A DNA stretch of 26,141 nucleotides from an uncultured Verrucomicrobiota bacterium (GTDB taxonomy: Bacteria > Verrucomicrobiota > Verrucomicrobiia > Palsa-1439), in NCBI GenBank assembly GCA_964544425.1, contig CAZJCX010000006.1, positions 7,128 to 33,268 of the forward strand. Direction: 5' to 3'. Below, piece by piece: positions 1-11,567 of the stretch; within the stretch, counting starts at the first letter, position 1; the number at the start of each line of letters is the position of its first letter. The notes beneath the pieces were generated by a model. It was not told where the DNA came from, made no database searches, and saw nothing but the letters and a program-made list of their open reading frames with translations. The position numbers and the translations under genes are program-made.

Positions 1-1
1 C

Positions 2-928
2 GACACACTGCAAACCAACCTGAAGTCCACGATCAACAACAATGGCTTCCGTGCTGGTTCAATCCTCGGCTTGGACACCAGCAACGCCACCGGCGGCAAT
101 TTCACCTACAACACCGCCATCGGGAATTCCACTGGTACCGGCTCGGGCGCCGTCGGCCTGACCAAGCTGGGCACCGGTAAACTGACGCTGGGTGCTGCAG
201 TTAGTACGTACTCCGGCCCGACTACCGTCAGCGCCGGGGAGTTGGTTGTCAATGGCAGCATTGCTAACAGTGCTTTCCAAGTCGCCAGCGGTGCGATCCT
301 CTCCGGGACCGGCATCACTGGAGCCTTGAGCGGCAGCGGTTTGGTCAGCCCCGGCAATAGTCCCGGCATCCTGACGGCCACGCAGTTTGATCCTGCTGGC
401 GGAATGGACTACGGATTCGAATTCACCCAACTTAACGATCCGACATGGAGTAACGCTTCTGCCAGTGGCAATGATGTCCAGCGCCTTACCCACGGAACGA
501 CTCCGTTCGGGGCGGGCGCCACTCCGGCCAACCTGACGGCGGCGAACGTGTTGAACATCTACTTTAACTTGGCACTGCTCACGTCAGGCGACGTGTTCCG
601 CGGCGGCTTCTTCACCGACCTGAACAACGATTTCACCACGGCGGTCGGCAGCGCGACTTATAACTTCTTCGTCCTTGGCGATGGCAACGGAACCGACGCC
701 ACCTTCAACAGCGTCTCGTACTATTCACTCGCCAACTACGATCCCAATGCCTCGATTAACCAGACGGTTGTGCAGGTGCCATCCGCGAACTTCAGCGGCG
801 GGACCGTGCTGAATGGATGGGTCCAACAGTTCGAAGTCACCATCATCCCCGAACCCAGCGGCATCTTCCTGATCCTCTGCGGCGCGCTCACGATGGGCTG
901 GTACTACCGGCGTCAGCGATCCGTGTGA
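2..928 (+). CDS. PEP-CTERM sorting domain protein with autotransporter-associated beta-strand repeat (5'-truncated by window)
   Basis: Frame is open from position 2 (DTLQTNLKSTINNNGFRAGSILGLDTSNA...). It contains LTKLGTGKLTLGAAVSTYSGPTTVSAGELVV (passenger-associated repeat) and ends IPEPSG + hydrophobic helix + RRQR, the classic PEP-CTERM signal. Confidence 0.9.
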   Translation, partial: DTLQTNLKSTINNNGFRAGSILGLDTSNATGGNFTYNTAIGNSTGTGSGAVGLTKLGTGKLTLGAAVSTYSGPTTVSAGELVVNGSIANSAFQVASGAILSGTGITGALSGSGLVSPGNSPGILTATQFDPAGGMDYGFEFTQLNDPTWSNASASGNDVQRLTHGTTPFGAGATPANLTAANVLNIYFNLALLTSGDVFRGGFFTDLNNDFTTAVGSATYNFFVLGDGNGTDATFNSVSYYSLANYDPNASINQTVVQVPSANFSGGTVLNGWVQQFEVTIIPEPSGIFLILCGALTMGWYYRRQRSV

Positions 929-995
929 TGCGCAGACAGCCACGGATGGACGCACCGACTGCGCCTGATCATTCTGTCGGCGTCCCGCTTTGCGC

Positions 996-1023
996 TTGCC
1001 TGTCTTGACGCGCGGCCTATAGT
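996..1023 (+). promoter_or_regulatory. Putative sigma70 promoter for aconitase
   Basis: TTGCCT(996-1001)-16 nt-TATAGT(1018-1023). ATG is 10 nt downstream and there is no SD. Confidence 0.55.
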
Positions 1024-1033
1024 CGCGGGCGCT

Positions 1034-3702
<2,669 letters not shown>

Positions 3703-3708
<6 letters not shown>

Positions 3709-3776
3709 CGGCGGTCTATGACCGCCGCCCGGCTCGCGCCGTAGAAAACAGCGGCGCTCACAGAGCGCCGCTACAG
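3703..3776. repeat. REPIN-like element: two inverted 25-nt GTAG-type REP hairpins
   Basis: 3703-3727 is CTGTAGCGGCGGTCTATGACCGCCG and the reverse complement of 3752-3776 is CTGTAGCGGCGCTCTGTGAGCGCCG (22/25 identical). Each is GTAG followed by an 8-bp perfect hairpin, with a 24-nt spacer between them. Confidence 0.8.
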
Positions 3777-5552
3777 TAACCGCCGCGCCTTCCGCAACTC
3801 TTCCGCCAATGCGCGGGCTTGAGGATCGCCGGGATTGAGACGAGACGCCGCTTCCGCGTGCGGTAAAGCAGCGGCGGGCTGTTGCATATGCACCAGCGCG
3901 AGCGCGAGATTGAAATGCGCGGCGGCATGGCCGGGATCTTCGGCGATCACCAAACGAAACTCCTCGGCCGCGCGCGACCAGTCGTGCTGCTTGCCGAGCG
4001 TGACGCCGTGATTGTACCGTGCCGCCGTCAGTTCCGCCCGCGCTTGCGGCAACTTGGCCGCTGCAATTTCGTACTGCGCGACAGCCTCAGTCCACCGGTT
4101 TTCTTGCGCCAGCAGCTTCGCCAGATTCAGCCGAAACTCGGCACGGAGCGGCGCGAGTTCGCTGGCGCGCTCGATGGCCGCCCGCGCCTCGTCACGTCGA
4201 CCGGTCGCGAGCAATACATTGCCGAGATTGAAATGCGCCAGCGCATGATTCGGCCGCAGCACGATGGTCTTGCGGAATTGGGCCTCGGCCTCCGCCAGCC
4301 GACCGGCCTCGAAGTACGCGGCGCCGAGGTTGTATTGCACGCGCGTCTGACGAGGCGTGGCCTGCACCCCCGCGCTCCAATACGTGATGGACGACTCGTA
4401 AATCAAGCACTGCCGCCACGTCAAGACGCCCAACACGACCACCAACCCGGTCGCCACCACCGCGCGCTGCCAACCGGTAACCCAGCGGGTCACCCCCCCG
4501 GCCACCAACGCGCACACAGCCAGCAACGCGATGTGTTGCAGATGGTCAGCGCGCGGCGCGGCGCGCCACGAAACCACTACGCCCAGCCCGACGACCGGTG
4601 CCAGTGCGACGAGATAAAACGCGCCGGCCACGGCGAGCGGTTTGCCCCACCCGCGCCGCCTCCACCACAGCACACCCGCCGTGACGATCACGAGCGCTGC
4701 CGGCACATAGTCCAGCCACTTACCGGGATCCGGGTGGGGGTGTCGGTAAAATGGCGCCAAACCGACCGGCCAGATCGCCTTGCCGAGGTAAAACCAGATG
4801 GCCGAGCCAAACGTTTGAATCTTCATCCACACACTTCCTTTGACTTGGATGCGGCTGAGGTCGTCCACGACGGGCGTGCGTCCCTGCAGGCCCAGCGATA
4901 CGAGCCCCGCAACCAATCCAATCGCGAGCAGCGGCGCGACGCGCTGCCAGTCGCGCCGCTCCCACCGGCCGCGTTGCCACCAACTGCCGAGCAGAATGGC
5001 GACCGGTAACACGACGGCGGTGGATTTGCTCAGCACCGCGAGAACGAATAGCGCCAGCGTCCAATTGTAGTGCAGACGGTGGCCCGTTTCCTCGAACCGC
5101 AAGTACCGCAGCCACGCGGCGAGAAAGAACACGAGCGTGAGGACATTCTTGCGCTCCGAGATCCACGCCACTGATTCGACGTTGACCGGATGCACGGCGA
5201 AGAGCAATCCGGCGAGCCACGCCCCCGGCACATTCAGCCGCAACAGCAACCGCCACAGCAACACACAACCGGCCGCGTGGAGTAAAATGTTCGTGACGTG
5301 ATAGCCGGTGGCGTTCATCCCCCACAACCGCCATTCCACCCAAAACGTCGTCCACGTCACCGGGAAATACTGCGGCATGGCCGTCGTCACCCACACGCGC
5401 CACCAACCGTCGGCATCCTGGATGAGCGGATTGGCCGTCAACAGCGTGTCATCGTCCCAAATAAATCCGGCCCGCCACGCCGGGACGTACGCAGCCAGCG
5501 CGACGAGCAGAATCGCCCACCCGCGCCACCACGTTTGCCGGTCCGCCGCCAT
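3771..5552 (-). CDS. TMTC-like GT-C membrane glycosyltransferase with C-terminal TPR repeats
   Basis: Start chosen at MAADRQTWW (5552). Has FIWDDDTLL (acidic DD loop after TM1), GYHVTNILLH, FAVHPVNVESVAWISERKN, multiple TM helices, and TPRs such as YNLGAAYFEAGRLAEA, FNLGNVLL and YNHGVTL. Confidence 0.8.
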   Translation of the reverse strand: MAADRQTWWRGWAILLVALAAYVPAWRAGFIWDDDTLLTANPLIQDADGWWRVWVTTAMPQYFPVTWTTFWVEWRLWGMNATGYHVTNILLHAAGCVLLWRLLLRLNVPGAWLAGLLFAVHPVNVESVAWISERKNVLTLVFFLAAWLRYLRFEETGHRLHYNWTLALFVLAVLSKSTAVVLPVAILLGSWWQRGRWERRDWQRVAPLLAIGLVAGLVSLGLQGRTPVVDDLSRIQVKGSVWMKIQTFGSAIWFYLGKAIWPVGLAPFYRHPHPDPGKWLDYVPAALVIVTAGVLWWRRRGWGKPLAVAGAFYLVALAPVVGLGVVVSWRAAPRADHLQHIALLAVCALVAGGVTRWVTGWQRAVVATGLVVVLGVLTWRQCLIYESSITYWSAGVQATPRQTRVQYNLGAAYFEAGRLAEAEAQFRKTIVLRPNHALAHFNLGNVLLATGRRDEARAAIERASELAPLRAEFRLNLAKLLAQENRWTEAVAQYEIAAAKLPQARAELTAARYNHGVTLGKQHDWSRAAEEFRLVIAEDPGHAAAHFNLALALVHMQQPAAALPHAEAASRLNPGDPQARALAEELRKARRLL

Positions 5553-5559
5553 CGCCCCG

Positions 5560-5587
5560 ATAGTAGCGGCTCGCCGCGGGGCGTCCA
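5560..5587 (-). promoter_or_regulatory. Putative sigma70 promoter (leaderless) for the TMTC-like gene
   Basis: Minus strand TGGACG-16 nt-TACTAT, then 7 nt to ATG. No SD. Confidence 0.45.
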
Positions 5588-5623
5588 CTCCGAAACGGGC
5601 GGGTTCGCGGTGGTTGACCGGTG

Positions 5624-5632
5624 TGCTATTCT
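5624..5632 (+). promoter_or_regulatory. Putative extended -10 promoter (leaderless) for the ABC ATPase
   Basis: TG-C-TATTCT, 8 nt upstream of ATG 5641. No SD. Confidence 0.45.
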
Positions 5633-5640
5633 GCGCTCGC

Positions 5641-6399
5641 ATGGCTGAGTTCATCGTGGCAGTGGATCATCTGCGGAAGGAGTTTAACGGCACCGTCGCA
5701 GTGGCGGACCTGTCGTTCACTGTGGCGCGCGGCGAAATTGTGGGTTTGCTGGGCGCGAATGGGGCCGGCAAGACCACGGCGATTCAAACGTTGCTGGGGC
5801 TGATCAAGCCAACGGCCGGGACAGTGCGAATTTTCGGCCTCGACCTGGAGAAGCACCGGGTGGCGATTCTGCAGCGGGCGAATTTCTGCTCGGCCTATAC
5901 CGGGTTGCCGTCGAATCTGAAGGTGTGGGAGAATCTGTTCATCTTCGCGCGGATTTACGGCGTGGCGGATCACAAGCGCAAAACGGCGGAGTTGCTCGAT
6001 CTGCTGGAGATCGCACATTTGCGCAAAGCGATTACCGGACACCTGTCGTCGGGCGAATCCACCCGCGTCAACATCTGCAAAGCGTTGCTGAACGATCCGG
6101 AATTACTGCTACTCGATGAACCGACCGCGAGTCTTGACCCGGACATGGCCGACAAATTACGCAAGCTGCTGCGGCGGATCCAACGCGAGCGCAACATCAC
6201 GATGATCTATACCTCGCACAACATGCGCGACGTGCAGGAAGTCTGCGACCGGGTGCTGTTCATGCACAAAGGCAAAATCATCGCCCAAGGCACCCCGCAA
6301 CAGGTGATGGATCAGTTCCAGCAAACCTCCCTCGAAGACGTCTTCATCAGCGTCGCGCGCGGCGGAGATGTGTTGGAGGCTGACGCGGCGGCGAAATGA
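5641..6399 (+). CDS. ABC transporter ATP-binding protein (ABC-2/CcmA-like export type)
   Basis: Walker A GANGAGKTT, signature variant LSSGE, Walker B LLLLDEPT and H-loop YTSH. Start at MAEFIVAV (5641). Confidence 0.9.
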   Translation: MAEFIVAVDHLRKEFNGTVAVADLSFTVARGEIVGLLGANGAGKTTAIQTLLGLIKPTAGTVRIFGLDLEKHRVAILQRANFCSAYTGLPSNLKVWENLFIFARIYGVADHKRKTAELLDLLEIAHLRKAITGHLSSGESTRVNICKALLNDPELLLLDEPTASLDPDMADKLRKLLRRIQRERNITMIYTSHNMRDVQEVCDRVLFMHKGKIIAQGTPQQVMDQFQQTSLEDVFISVARGGDVLEADAAAK

Positions 6400-6592
6400 T
6401 CTGCAGCAGCTCGGAACGCATCACGTTTTTGGTGACGCGTGGAGGATGTCCGCTTACAGCACCGTGCAGGCGGTTGAAAACTTCTTTATCGCGGGAGGCA
6501 GCGACCACTCAAACAGCTGCACGCGCAGCCGGTCCACTGCTCATCAGAGTCTGTGAGCACGGCTGCCGGGTGCGGGCAGACTGAATCGTCAC

Positions 6593-6628
6593 AAAAGGAA
6601 ACCGGGCGCTCCCAGCGGAACGCCCGGT
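6593..6628 (-). terminator. Intrinsic terminator of gap
   Basis: Minus-strand RNA ACCGGGCGUUCC-GCUG-GGAGCGCCCGGU followed by UUCCUUUU. The 12-bp stem closes with a U-G wobble only on this strand, 22 nt after the gap stop. Confidence 0.8.
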
Positions 6629-6650
6629 CTCGTGAATGTGAAATGACGGT

Positions 6651-7764
<1,114 letters not shown>

Positions 7765-7773
7765 ACGCAAATC

Positions 7774-7802
7774 TCGACGGCGCCCCACCGGGCTGCTACG
7801 AT
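7774..7802 (+). promoter_or_regulatory. Putative sigma70 promoter (leaderless) for the LolA-like gene
   Basis: TCGACG-17 nt-TACGAT with a TGn extension. ATG is 7 nt downstream and there is no SD. Confidence 0.5.
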
Positions 7803-7809
7803 TTGTGCC

Positions 7810-8592
7810 ATGAAACATTTTGTAATCGTCATGGCCGTGGTCTTTCTCCTCAGCCACCGGCTGGCGGGCGAAGATCTCACCGAGGTGGAGCGCATCCAAA
7901 AGTTCACAACCACGAAACTGACCGGCTACAAATCGTGGACGGCGGATTACATCCAAACCATGTCCGCGATGGGGGCGCAGATGAACATTACCGGCGATGT
8001 GCAGTGCGAGCCGCCCAAAAAGATGCGCATGGAAATCGCCTTGGAGATGATGGGCCAGCCGATGACGATGACGATGGTCATGGGCGAGGATCAGATCATG
8101 TGGCAAGACATGCACATGGGCGGCCAGCGGCAAGTCATGAAGATGGACATGAGCAAGATCGGTCCCGCCACGGCGGCAAAGTTTGGGTTGGGCGGCGACC
8201 CCGCGCAGAACATGGATCCGGTCAAACAGTGGGAGCACGCGCAGCAATTGTACTCGTTCACCGCCTTACCGGCCGCCGAACTGCACGGCCAAACAATGCA
8301 CGTCCTCGAAGGCACGTTGAAGCCGGGCGCGCTGACGAATCATCCCGCCGCCGCGATGCTCGGCAAGTTACGCATGCACATCGGGCAGGCGGATGGATTC
8401 ACGCACCAAATTGAAATGTTCGACAAAGCCGGGACGGCCGTGGTGATGCGGCAGGAATTCACCAACCTGAAATTCAACGAAACATTGCCGGCGGAAACCT
8501 TCACGTTCACGCCGCCGACCGGCGTGCCGGTCGTGGACATGACGGACATGGTGATTCAGATGCAGGGCGCAACGTCACCGGCCGGGAAGTGA
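7810..8592 (+). CDS. Exported LolA-like (lipoprotein carrier/sorting fold) protein, methionine-rich
   Basis: Signal peptide MKHFVIVMAVVFLL. The pattern SWTADYIQT...PPKKMRME and the C-terminal FTNLKFNETLPAETFTFTPPTGVPVVD match LolA-family termini. Contains 28 Met in 260 aa. Confidence 0.65.
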   Translation: MKHFVIVMAVVFLLSHRLAGEDLTEVERIQKFTTTKLTGYKSWTADYIQTMSAMGAQMNITGDVQCEPPKKMRMEIALEMMGQPMTMTMVMGEDQIMWQDMHMGGQRQVMKMDMSKIGPATAAKFGLGGDPAQNMDPVKQWEHAQQLYSFTALPAAELHGQTMHVLEGTLKPGALTNHPAAAMLGKLRMHIGQADGFTHQIEMFDKAGTAVVMRQEFTNLKFNETLPAETFTFTPPTGVPVVDMTDMVIQMQGATSPAGK

Positions 8593-8597
8593 CCCGG

Positions 8598-9170
8598 CTA
8601 CCGGCCGAGTCCCAATTCCGTTTCGATGGATTCCAGCAACGCATGGAGCAGCAGCGTATGCGCTTCCTGAATCCTTCCCGTCTCCGTGCCGGCCACGATC
8701 AGTTCCAAATCGGCCTTTCCTTTGGCGGCGCCGCCGTCCTTGCCGAGCAGCGCCACGGACCGGCAGCCCCTTCGGCGCGCGGCGGCAAGGGCGAGCACGA
8801 TGTTGGGTGAGTTGCCGCTGGAGGTAAAAACGACGAGCAGGTCGCGCGGCTCCGCAAGGCCTTCGACTTGCCGGGCGAAAACCTGGTCGAAGCCGTAGTC
8901 GTTACCGATGCAGGTCAACAATGCGGGATCGGCGTTCAGCGAAACAGCCGGTAGTGCCCGGCGGTTACCACGATAACGTCCTAGTAATTCTTCTGCTAAA
9001 TGAAGGGCATCCGCCGCACTGCCGCCATTCCCACAAGTGAGAATCTTACCGCCCGCACGCAAGGCGTGGACGGCAGCCGCCACAATCTGGTCAAAAACTG
9101 CTTGGTGTCCTTTGAGCGATTGCAGCGTCCGGCAGCTTTCATCCACAAACTGAGCCAATGTATCGCGCAT
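8598..9170 (-). CDS. gmhA: D-sedoheptulose 7-phosphate isomerase (SIS domain)
   Basis: KILTCGNGGSAADALHLAEEL, GNDYGFDQVFARQVEG, FTSSGNSPN, GKDGG and RIQEAH. Confidence 0.93.
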   Translation of the reverse strand: MRDTLAQFVDESCRTLQSLKGHQAVFDQIVAAAVHALRAGGKILTCGNGGSAADALHLAEELLGRYRGNRRALPAVSLNADPALLTCIGNDYGFDQVFARQVEGLAEPRDLLVVFTSSGNSPNIVLALAAARRRGCRSVALLGKDGGAAKGKADLELIVAGTETGRIQEAHTLLLHALLESIETELGLGR

Positions 9171-9176
9171 GGCGCC

Positions 9177-9206
9177 ATCCTAACGCCTCCGGCGTGAAGT
9201 TGCCAA
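9177..9206 (-). promoter_or_regulatory. Putative sigma70 promoter for gmhA
   Basis: Minus strand TTGGCA-18 nt-TAGGAT, 6 nt before ATG. The AGGA could alternatively act as an SD. Confidence 0.35.
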
Positions 9207-9289
9207 CGTGAAAAGAATTTGCTTGCAACAATTCGCGCCTCGCGGTTGAATCCCCTCAGTCAAGGAGTTAGCGCAACATTTTTAGGATA

Positions 9290-10357
9290 ATGAGAATCAT
9301 GGACTCGACCAACACATTGACCTCCAACGCGGTACCCGTTGACAACTGGCCGGTGGACAGCGCCGGCTTCAGCCCCCGCGTCGTCCATTGTCTCACACAC
9401 GCAGGGGTCAAAACCGTGGGTGACCTCCGGAACTGGAGCGACGACCAACTGCTGCGGCTCCGTCACTTTGGCACGGCCTCCCTCGAAAATGTCCGGTGGT
9501 TTTTCCGTCTCAGCAAACACGCCGAAGCCCGCACCACACATTTCCCCCACTTTCATGCCTTGCTGGGCGAGTTTCTCAACAAGCAGGAAATCTTCGTCCT
9601 CGAGCACCGCTTCGCCCTCAAGGACCCGCTGTTCCGGCCGCACATGCGGCGCAAGACGTTGCAGGAAATTGCCGAAATGATGGGCGGCATGACGCGCGAA
9701 CGCGTCCGCCAAATTGAAGAAGAAGGCATCCTCACCCTGCGATCGCATTTGTGCCGGCAACTGACCATGCCCATCGAACTGCACTGGGTCAACCAGATCC
9801 AACAACGCGGCGGCGTCATCACCAATGCGGAACTAACCGACTGGGCGACAGACACCAAATTTGGCGGCTACCAGCCGTGGGGCACGTTGCTCCTGCTCAG
9901 TGAAGTCAGCGATTCGCTGCACTACCACTTTGACTACTTTGCCACAATCACGCCGAAAGCCCTCGGCCGGATCGAAACCCGCATCTTCGAAGTCCTCAAC
10001 GCGGCCAATGGACTCGTGCCCTTCGACACGATCCGGCAGGCGGTGGCGGGGTTGATTGACGATCCGCACGACCATCTTGTCCGCGTCCTCACCGTGATGC
10101 TCAACCACCACCCGGACATCTGCGGCACGGCGGATGGCCGATATTTCCGGCCTGAAGTCGGCACGCCGTTGATCGTCCGCGCCATCTTCGAAGCGGAAAA
10201 CAAACCGCTGCATTTCCGTGACCTGACCGAACTCTACAACGCGCGCATGTTGCCCACGAGCCACCGCCGCACCGGATTCATCTTGCGGACACTCAATTTG
10301 ATGCCGGAAGTCCAGCGCATCAGCCGCGCTGTGTACCAGTGGCAACCGGCCCACTGA
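9290..10357 (+). CDS. RNA polymerase alpha-CTD / sigma70 region 4 / winged-helix (HARE-HTH/RpoE-delta-like) fusion protein
   Basis: N-terminal PVDSAGFSPRVVHCLTHAGVKTVGDLRNWSDDQLLRLRHFGTASLENV matches the alpha-CTD pattern. Central LNKQEIFVLEHRF...KTLQEIAEMMGGMTRERVRQIE matches sigma70 region 4. C-terminal IFEAENKPLHFRDLTELYN...QRISRAVYQW is wHTH-like. The start could be 9290 or 9299. Confidence 0.75.
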   Translation: MRIMDSTNTLTSNAVPVDNWPVDSAGFSPRVVHCLTHAGVKTVGDLRNWSDDQLLRLRHFGTASLENVRWFFRLSKHAEARTTHFPHFHALLGEFLNKQEIFVLEHRFALKDPLFRPHMRRKTLQEIAEMMGGMTRERVRQIEEEGILTLRSHLCRQLTMPIELHWVNQIQQRGGVITNAELTDWATDTKFGGYQPWGTLLLLSEVSDSLHYHFDYFATITPKALGRIETRIFEVLNAANGLVPFDTIRQAVAGLIDDPHDHLVRVLTVMLNHHPDICGTADGRYFRPEVGTPLIVRAIFEAENKPLHFRDLTELYNARMLPTSHRRTGFILRTLNLMPEVQRISRAVYQWQPAH

Positions 10358-10370
10358 CGCCGCGCGTCTC

Positions 10371-11449
10371 GTGCGCATCCTCAACCGATACCTGCTGCGG
10401 GAATTCCTGCTGCCGTTCTTCTACTGCCTCGACGCCTTTGCGTTGCTCTGGCTGGTGATGGATCTGTTCGGGCGGCTCGACGACTTCATCGAGACCAAAG
10501 CCACGTTCCTCCAAGCCGCCCGGTACTATCTCGTCCTCTTCCCCGAAGCGCTCGTGCAAATCATCCCGATGGCCTTGCTCCTCGGCCTGCTCTTCAGCCT
10601 CGCCAACCTCGCCAAACACAATGAACTGCTCGCCATGCGCGCCGGCGGGGTCAGCCTGATCCGATTGGCCGCCCCCCTCTGGGGCATCGGTCTGATCGCG
10701 TCGCTCTTCGTTTTCGGCGTCAACGAGGTCTTCGTTCCCGGTGCCCGCGAAAAGGCCAACACCCTCCTGAAAATCTACCGGGGCAAGGCCACGACGTGGT
10801 GGAGAACATCTTCTTCACCAACCTCCAAGCCCATCGCGACTGGTACATCCCGCGCCTCAACACCCGCACGGGGGAACTGCTCGCCCCGGAAGTCCACGAA
10901 CGCAATCCCGACGGCTCACCGCGCCGCGACATCTTCGCCCAACGCGCCTACTGGAACGGCGCGCAATGGATTTTTCAAACCGTGGACGTGTACGACCACA
11001 CCGCCGCCGTGTCGCCGCCGCCCGTGGAACGGTTCCAGCAGATGTCTTTTCCGCAACTGAATGAAACCCCGCAGCGGCTCGTCACCGAAAATAAACTCCC
11101 CGTGGAAATGACCTCGCGCGAACTCCGCCGCACCATCCGCGCCTTCGACCGCGCCGGTCACGAGACCCGCACGCCCCCGCTCCGCGCCACGCTCCATCAC
11201 CGCTACGCTTTTCCCGCCACCTGTTTTTTCGTCATGTGGATCGCCCTCCCCCTCGGCCTCCAGACCCGCCGCAGCGGCGCGCTGCTCAGCGTCGGCACCG
11301 CGCTGATCCTCGTAGTCGCCTACTACATCGCCAGCCAGATCACGTTCAAACTCGCCGCGGGCGGCCACCTCCCGCCACCCTTGGCCGCCTGGCTCGCCAA
11401 CCTCGCTTTTCTCGTGGCCGGTGGTGTCCTGCTGTGGCGCATCCGGTGA
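10371..11449 (+). CDS. LptF/LptG family LPS export permease (one frameshift at ~10796, probably a sequence error)
   Basis: MRILNRYLLREF...NELLAMRAGGVSLIRLAAP (N-half) and HHRYAFPATCFFVMWIALPLG...LPPPLAAWLANLAF (C-half) lie in two frames that join at ACGACGTGGTGGAG. Confidence 0.88.
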
Positions 11450-11470
11450 CGGAGCGCCGCTCGCCACGAT

Positions 11471-11514
11471 GGTGGGCCGAGCGTCCCCCCGCTCGCGGGA
11501 ACGCTCGCGTTACC
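11471..11514. repeat. Degenerate or internally deleted palindromic repeat (second REP-like family)
   Basis: Arms CGAGCGTCCCC / GGGAACGCTCG are 10/11 complementary. The left end GGTGGGCCGAGCGTCCCC matches 24843-24860 at 15/18 nt. Confidence 0.5.
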
Positions 11515-11531
11515 GGCGCCGCGACGAACGC

Positions 11532-11560
11532 TTGCGGGGCTGGGGCTGTGCGACTACCAT
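11532..11560 (+). promoter_or_regulatory. Putative sigma70 promoter (leaderless) for the sigma54 regulator
   Basis: TTGCGG-17 nt-TACCAT, 7 nt before ATG 11568. Confidence 0.55.
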
Positions 11561-11567
11561 GCACGCC

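Noticed and set aside
936-962. CCACGGATGGAC, reminiscent of short intergenic repeats
   Set aside because: Single degenerate copy in the window with no hairpin or tandem repetition, so it cannot be supported.
5308-5640. Long N-terminal extension of the ABC ATPase ORF
   Set aside because: Overlaps the TMTC-like gene antisense. Homology starts at MAEF (5641), which has its own -10 box.
6396-6584. 62-aa ORF with ATGA overlap after the ABC ATPase, as a possible permease
   Set aside because: No hydrophobic segments and far too short for an ABC-2 permease.
11421-11567. Upstream extension of the response regulator
   Set aside because: Runs through the lptF/G end and a repeat. The receiver domain begins at MQKILVVDDE, right after a well-spaced promoter.
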